DNA of 41,905 bases from Tubiluchus corallicola (taxonomy: Eukaryota; Animalia; Priapulida), in NCBI GenBank assembly GCA_030141605.1, contig JAQGDQ010001421.1:1-41905 (forward strand), read 5' to 3'. Below, piece by piece: positions 13,587 through 41,905 of the stretch. The stretch's first letter is position 1. Each line of letters opens with the position of its first letter. Both the position numbers and the translations under genes were made by a program. The notes under the pieces were generated by a model that searched no databases, was not told the origin of the DNA, and saw only the letters and a list, made by a program, of their open reading frames with translations.

Positions 13587-13742
13587 TTAAATCATAGTTT
13601 TAATTGTGTCGGACGATACGTTTTAGATGTCCATTTCAACATTCTCAGCCACCTTGTACCTAAATCAAGTTTGGTTTCCCATAGATCACATTTACTGCGT
13701 TGCCTACAGGCCATGTATAGGGGAACTTGGTGAGAGCTTGAC

Positions 13743-34819
<21,077 letters not shown>

Positions 34820-35281
34820 TGTGACTTAAACGTGTCTGCTAGCCATGAACAGGTACAAGTCAGCCACAGGCCAGTTCATTCACCAAAAATTAGAACGTTT
34901 ACCAGCTACCAGTTTGGTAGTCGGCCACAGGGTAAGACACCCTGCTAACGAGGAAATCAAGAGGTATCATGACAAGCAGATTCTGTGATGACGCCTACTG
35001 TTTAGACAATGCTTACCGCAGTCTTTTTTAAATAATCAATCAACAATATCGATCACCAGTCATAATAATTGAAGTGGTAGGTATTAATAATAATTATTCC
35101 GTGAACAGGCACGCGGTTCTAAATTAGGCCAACATAATTTCATGGAGGAAAACCGTGAGCTGAGCTAATGCAAAATACAAATAAGGGTCCATGTGGTAGA
35201 CCATTATTTTACCTAATTTGAGTAGAATTTACAGTTTTTTAATAGTTTGTTTGGGTCTACAGCTCGTGCTCATCGTATGTT

Positions 35282-35945
35282 ATCACGATATGGGACTGTT
35301 GTTGTTGTTGTTGGTGTTCATATGTGTGTGTGACTGCTGTTGCTTCTGCAATTGTTGTTGCTGTTTTTGTTGCTGCTGCTGCAGTGATCACGATATGGGA
35401 CTGTTGTTGTTGTTCATATGTGTGTGTGACTGCTGTTGCTTCTGCAATTGTTGTTGCTGTTTTTGTTGCTGCTGTTGCAGTGATCACGATATGGGACTGT
35501 TGTTGGTGGCGTTCATATGTGCGTGTCACTGCTGTTGCTTCTACAATTGTTGTTGCTGTTGTTGTTGCTGCTGCTGCTGTTGGCGCTGTTGTTGCTGCTG
35601 TTACAGTGATCACGATATGGGACTGTTGTTGTTCATATGTGTGTGTCACTGCTGTTGCTTCTGCAATTGTTGTTGCTGTTTTTGTTGCTGCTGCTGCTGC
35701 AGTGATCACGATATGGGACTGTTGTTGTTCATATGTGCGTGTCACTGCTGTTGCTTCTACAATTGTTGTTGCTGTTGTTGTTGCTGCTGCTGCAGTGATC
35801 ACGATATGGGACTGTTGTTGTTGTTGTAGTTGTGGCTGTTGTTGGTTGTGGTGATGTTGTTCATATGTGTGTGTCATTGCTGTTGCTTCTGCAATTGTTG
35901 TTGCTGCTGTTGTTGCTGCTGTTGCTGTTGTGGTTGCAGCAGCTG
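35282..35945. repeat. Compound ~100-120-bp tandem repeat with embedded (TGT/TGC)n tracts
   Basis: The anchors gatcacgatatgggactgttgttg and ttcatatgtg recur about 6 times. Confidence 0.92.
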
Positions 35946-36279
35946 GTGTTTTGTAGTGATTGTTGCTTATCTCACTCTTCTGCGTCTCATGGCCTTTTAC
36001 AAGAGGTCTGACATTCATCAAAATTAAGAGCTGATTCTGAAGATGAAAAGTCACTCGCATAATAACAAAAGAACAATTAGGTGGGTCTAGTGAATAATCA
36101 AAAACGGACTTTGAAGAATCGAGCAATCAGTTATTATGCAGATGAGGCGGCACAATCACGCACAAAACTGACAGCCTTCCTGGAATGTATGGACTTACCT
36201 ATGAACAGTGCGTTAAGCCGATCTATTCATTAATCATATAACATTAATCCTTGATATGTCCTAAGATCGAATGTAGGTA

Positions 36280-36441
36280 TAAATGGCACAGGTAAAAATG
36301 CCACAGGTAAAACGGTACAAATAGAAAAGTATGTGAAAATGGCACAAGTAAAATGGCACAAATGCAAAGTAGGTAGAAAGACACAGGTAAAATGGCAGAG
36401 GAAGAATTGGCTTAGGAAAAATGGACGGTAAAACGGCACAG
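36280..36441. repeat. Degenerate ~15-bp repeat (aaatggcacaggtaa), probably a MITE subterminal remnant
   Basis: About 10 degenerate copies. Confidence 0.7.
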
Positions 36442-37020
36442 AAAAAAGTTGCTTATTTAGCGACAATGAAACTAAGAACTGATAATAATGATAATAAATT
36501 TCAAATTTATCCAAATCTCTATTACCCTTTAGGGCAGAGGAGGCAGTCTAACATTTACAAGCAAGACATTTTTCACAAAAATAGTAAGTAGAAGCAATAA
36601 ATTAATAATATTGTGCAAAAGAAATTACACTAATCTAGTTAAATTCTGACATATAATACTAGCAAACTTCGCCATATTATTTAATTCGTTTGTACTGGTA
36701 GCTGAGAAACGCATGTATAGGCATTTAGCAGGTATTTCTTCTATACAGGAATTTGTATCGTATGTGCTGTGTGTCAGTTGTCAAGTCAATGAGATTCAGC
36801 GTGTGCAAGTAACAAACTTCCGAGGCCCGTAATTAGTCTGTGGTCGTTGTGCTCTAACAGAGGTTAACAGAGGTTAATTATACAACGTGTAAAAGTTAGC
36901 TTGGAGCAATGCAGGTTCGTGAGCAAAGCAGGACATTCTAACTCTGTTCTAGTCAGCAGTGATTCTAGAGAAAGGGTCTGATGTACGCTTGGTTCTTTCT
37001 GTTTCAATAACAAAATAATT

Positions 37021-37081
37021 ATGATGCATAGGTGCTGCGCTGTTGCCACAGGTGTACTTCTTGTTGCTGCTTATTTTGCAG
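37021..37081 (+). CDS. Candidate signal-peptide first exon of a plus-strand gene
   Basis: MMHRCCAVATGVLLVAAYFA + G/gtaaat (phase 1), followed by T-rich intron-like sequence. No further exon was recognised in the window. Confidence 0.4.
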
Positions 37082-37644
37082 GTAAATGAAACAAAAATCA
37101 ATTTTTATTTGTTATTTTGATTTGTTTTTATTTATTATTTGCAAATTTTATATAAATAATTATTGCGTTCTTGTAACTTTTGTTCATGTAATATTATTTT
37201 GTTCTTGCAACGAGGAATGCTTACAATAAAGTCTTTACTAAGCTACTCCCTTACTTTACGTAATAGACCATTTTACGTAGACAGAACTTCAATTTTAAAG
37301 GAAAACTGTACCAAGCTTTAGAAAACAGTGTAAATTTAAAATATTTTTAACATTAAAATATTAATACCGCAGAAGCTTAATTTTTGGCCTCAGAATTGTC
37401 TGGTCTTCCAAATTTTAAAGAAACTAGTTAAGCTACACTATCTAACGTAATGTGTTTAGTAAAATAAATTTGGCACTAATATTAAGTCTATGCAGACACA
37501 CATCACTTGCATAAGAACAAGAAACTGATTTATTGTTAGCAGGAGGTCTACTGTTCAATTTAGTCGGGATTTGCCATTCATTAAAGCCAGAGCATTTTAC
37601 TGTAGTACAAAATAGTAATTTATTTAAACTTTGATAAGAAACTC

Positions 37645-37866
37645 GAAAGGCAGAAGACGAAAAAAGTTTGAATACAACCTGGATTTGAACCAGTGACCTT
37701 ACGCTTACATTGCATACACGTTTGGCCACTACAGCACCGTATTCCTTAGTGGTCCAGGCAGTCCAAAATTCATCGTTATTGCTGGCCAACTAAATTCAGC
37801 ATTTCCAATATTAGATCGCCTACACTACAAATCAAATATAGATGATTTTTTTATTAATTTTGTGCC
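37645..37866 (-). mobile_element. tRNA-derived dispersed repeat (third copy)
   Basis: Minus strand tgtagtggcc...ggttcaaatccagg (A- and B-boxes). aaattcagcatttccaatattagatcgc matches 20052-20079. Confidence 0.65.
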
Positions 37867-40800
37867 TGTGATCAATTGTAGCAATAATTAATTGTAATTT
37901 GTTCTGACTTATCTGATAATGAGGATATTAAGCATTAAACTCATTCATTCTGTGCGCGTATTGACTCACTAATTAAACTCATTCATTCTGTGCGCGTATT
38001 GACTCACTAATTAGAAAAGTCTGATTGTGTTTCCTCCATATTAAATTATATCTTTTTTAGAGTCATTGTTCTTCATTTCACAGCTCGCTTAGAGTCATTG
38101 TTCTTCATTTTGAAGCTATTTCAGAGTCATTGTTCTTCATTTCGCAGCTAGTTTAGAGTCATTGTTCTTCATTTCACAGCTAGTTTAGAATCATTGTTCT
38201 TCATTTCACAGCTAGTTTACAGTCATTGTTCTTCATTTCATAGCTAGTTTAGAGCCATTGTTCTTCATTTCGCAGCTAGTTTAGAGTCATTGTTCTTCAT
38301 TTCACAGCTAGTTTAGAGTCATCGTTCTTCATTTCACAGCTAGTTTAGAGTCATTGTTCTTCATTTCACAGCTAGTTTAGAATCATTGTTCTTCATTTCA
38401 CAGCTAGTTTACAGTCATTGTTCTTCATTTCACAGCTAGTTTAGAGTCATTGTTCTTCATTTCACAGCTAGTTTAGAATCATTGATCTTCATTTCACAGC
38501 TAGTTTAGAGTCATTGTTCTTCATTTCACAGCTAGTTTAGAGTCATTGTTCTTCATTTCACAGCTAGTTTAGAATCATTGTTCTTCATTTCACAGCTAGT
38601 TTAGAGTCATTGTTCTTCATTTCACAGCTAGTTTAGAGTCCTTGTTCTTCATTTCGCAGCTAGCTTAGAGTCATTGTTCTTCATTTCACAGCTAGTTTAG
38701 AATCATTGTTCTTCATTTCACAGCTAGTTTAGAGTCATTGTTCTTCATTTCACAGCTAGTTTACAGTCATTGTTCTTCATTTCACAGCTAGTTTAGAGTC
38801 ATTGTTCTTCATTTCACAGCTAGTTTAGAGTCATTGTTCTTCATTTCGCAGCTAGTTCAGAGTCATTGTTCTTCATTTCACAGCTAGTTTAGAGTCATTG
38901 TTCTTCATTTCACAGCTAGTTTAGAGTCATTGTTCTTCATTTCACAGCTAGTTTAGAGTCATTGTTCTTCATTTCACAGCTAGTTTAGAGTCATTGTTCT
39001 TCATTTCACAGCTAGTTTAGAATCATTGTTCTTCATTTCACAGCTAGTTTAGAGTCATTGTTCTTCATTTCACAGCTAGTTTACAGTCATTGTTCTTCAT
39101 TTCACAGCTAGTTTAGAGTCATTGTTCTTCATTTCACAGCCAGTTTAGAGCCATTGTTCTTCATTTCGCAGCTAGTTTAGAGTCATTGTTCTTCATTTCA
39201 CAGCTAGTTTAGAGTCATTGTTCTTCATTTCACAGCTAGTTTAGAGTCATTGTTCTTCATTTCACAGCTAGTTTAGCGTCATTGTTCTTCATTTCACAGC
39301 TAGTTTAGAGTCATTGTTCTTCATTTCGCAGCTAGTTTAGAGTCATTGTTCTTCATTTCGCAGCTAGTTTAGAGTCATTGTTATCATTGTTCTTCATTTC
39401 ACAGCTAGTTTAGAGTCATTGTTCTTCATTTCACAGCTAGTTTAGAGTCATTGTTCTTCATTTCGCAGCTAGTTTAGAGTCATTGTTCTTCATTTCACAG
39501 CTAGTTTAGAGTCATTGTTCTTCATTTCACAGCTAGTTTAGAGTCATTGTTCTTCATTTCCCAGCTAGTTTAGAGTCATTGTTCTTCATTTCACAGCTAG
39601 TTTAGAGTCATTGTTCTTCATTTCACAGCTAGTTTAGAGTCATTGTTCTTCATTTCACAGCTAGTTTAGAGTCATTGTTCTTCGTTTCACAGCTAGTACC
39701 TTCTTTAACAAGTTAACAAAACTGAAAAACTACTTTGATTTTCACAAACATAGTAATCATCTTTCTTCCTTGCTCGGTTCACCAAACTCGCGTGCCCATG
39801 GGATATAGTCAGCTAAATTATGACCTGTCACTTGAAAATTGTAAAAATAATGATGGTTCTCCAGGATCACCTTACTGTTCTTGTAGTGCCTCTCTTCAAA
39901 CATTTGAACTTTTTTAACAAACTTAATGCTTTATATAGTAACTGATGTTAAACGTTTTCTGTTTACATCTTATTGTTCAGCTTTTTGCTGTTCTAACATC
40001 TGATACACCTTTATTGTTCTTACTACTAGGAAATTAAAAGCGGTCTGCTATTTTGCATTAATGAAATTTTTTGCTCACAGTAGGGGCACCACAGCATTTA
40101 GAATATGTGACAAAAATGGCTGTAATCATTTTAAAGTCATTTAAGGCAAAAATACTTTTAACCTTCATCAGCGAATTTCAAATTCAAGCAATAAAATCAC
40201 ACGCAGTTTTATTCTAATAAATGATATCATTTTAACTTTGAATAAATTTGTCCTTTGGGAATTTAAACTTACTAACAATTTTTTACACATTTAACTTATT
40301 AATTCTCTGTTGTTTGTGTAAATTTTTGTTTCATTTGTCTTATAGGAGATTTTTATTGTGATTTTTAACTAAGCTTTGTTTATTATACTATGGTACTTTT
40401 TATGACCTGAAATAAACATAAAATGAATAATAAAATTATTTGTATGCGTAAAAAATAAAATTAAATAAAACAATAATAATAATAATAATAACAACAACAA
40501 CAACAATAATAATAAGAACAACAACAACAACAACAAAGTCCACTATTTATTCCATTAGATTTTTACTCTCCCAATCAACTTTGTTACGAAACTTTTTTTT
40601 AATTTGTACATATCTTATCACGATTGTCAACATCGTCTTTCAGTGACTCTAAACTAGCTGTGAAATGAAGAACAATGACTGTAAACTAGCTGTGAAATGA
40701 AGAACAATGACTCTAAACTAGCTGTGAAATGAAGAACAATGATTCTAAACTAGCTGTGAAATGAAGAACAATGACTCTAAACTAGCTGTGAAATGAAGAA

Positions 40801-41897
40801 CAATGATTCTAAACTAGCTGTGAAATGAAGAACAATGACTCTAAGCTAGCTGTGTGGTGTTTGTGTGTGGTGTTGTGTGCGAAATGAAGAACAATGACTC
40901 TTAAACTAGCTGTGAAATGAAGAACAATGACTCTAAACTAGCTGTGAAATGAAGAACAATGATTGTAAACTAGCTGTGAAATGAAGAACAATGACTCTAA
41001 ACTAGCTGTGAAATGAAGAACAATGATTCTAAACTAGCTGTGAAATGAAGATCAATGATTCTAAGCTAGCTGTGAAATGAAGAACAATGACTCTAAACTA
41101 GCTGTGAAATGAAGAACAATGACTGTAAACTAGCTGTGAAATGAAGAACACTGATTCTAAACTAGCTGTGAAATGAAGAACAATGACTCTAAACTAGCTG
41201 TGAAATGAAGAACGATGACTCTAAACTAGCTGTGAAATGAAGATCAATGATTCTAAACTAGCTGTGAAATGAAGAACAATGACTCTAAACTAGCTGTGAA
41301 ATGAAGAACAATGACTGTAAACTAGCTGTGAAATGAAGAACAATGATTCTAAACTAGCTGTGAAATGAAGAACAATGACTCTAAACTAGCTGTGAAATGA
41401 AGAACTATGACTCTAAACTAGCTGTGAAATGAAGAACAATGACTCTAAACTAGCTGCGAAATGAAGAACAATGGCTCTAAACTAGCTATGAAATGAAGAA
41501 CAATGACTGTAAACTAGCGAAATGAAGAACAATGATTCCAAACTAGCTGTAAAATGAAGAACAATGACTCTAAACTAGCTGTGAAATGAAGAACAATGAC
41601 TCTGAAATAGCTTCAAAATGAAGAACAATGACTCTAAGCGAGCTGTGAAATGAAGAACAATGACTCTAAAAAAGATATAATTTAATATGGAGGAAACACA
41701 ATCAGACTTTTCTAATTAGTGAGTCAATACGCGCACAGAATGAATGAGTTTAATTAGTGAGTCAATACGCGCACAGAATGAATGAGTTTAATGCTTAATA
41801 TCCTCATTATCAGATAAGTCAGAACAAATTACAATTAATTATTGCTACAATTGATCACAGGCACAAAATAATAAAATCATCTATATTTGATTTGTAG
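37825..41897. mobile_element. 4.07-kb foldback-like inverted repeat: arms 37825-39697 and 40644-41897 around a ~945-bp spacer
   Basis: The outer ~230 bp of each arm are reverse complements, including a 38-bp duplication. The inner parts are opposed arrays of tagtttagagtcattgttcttcatttcacagc (32 bp; about 51 and 31 copies). Confidence 0.8.
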
Positions 41898-41905
41898 ATA
41901 GCAAA

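Noticed and set aside
35218-36126. Cys-rich metallothionein/keratin-like and Thr/Ala mucin-like ORFs
   Set aside because: They are translations of TGT/TGC microsatellite-based repeats open in several frames. A mucin-like exon cannot be fully excluded without RNA data.
38056-41668. CRISPR-like regular 32-bp repeats (also 34 bp at 34091)
   Set aside because: Units are head to tail with no unique spacers, there are no cas genes, and the context is eukaryotic.

Overview
AT-rich, repeat-rich eukaryotic (most likely invertebrate animal) genomic DNA; most ORFs in the supplied track are repeat artefacts. The main gene is a spliced minus-strand TTLL4-like ATP-grasp ligase that I assembled by hand. 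It has 13 well-supported GT-AG exons (13743-31683, consistent phases, about 548 codons) and two candidate upstream exons (32189-32236, 34759-34819). The candidate exons would add an N-terminal signal or type II anchor, and several specificity residues are substituted, so this may be a secretory-pathway TTLL4 offshoot with altered chemistry. One intron carries a TSD-flanked RTE-derived element with an HDV-like ribozyme fold in the sense orientation of the pre-mRNA. The left end holds a decayed Ig+C1q gene. The right end holds a 4-kb inverted-repeat (foldback-like) structure built on 32-bp arrays. Also present are CR1/L2- and RTE-type LINE fragments, Tc1/mariner and hAT remnants, tRNA-derived repeats and many minisatellites. 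All calls come from manual reading with no database searches, so coordinates may be off by a few bases.
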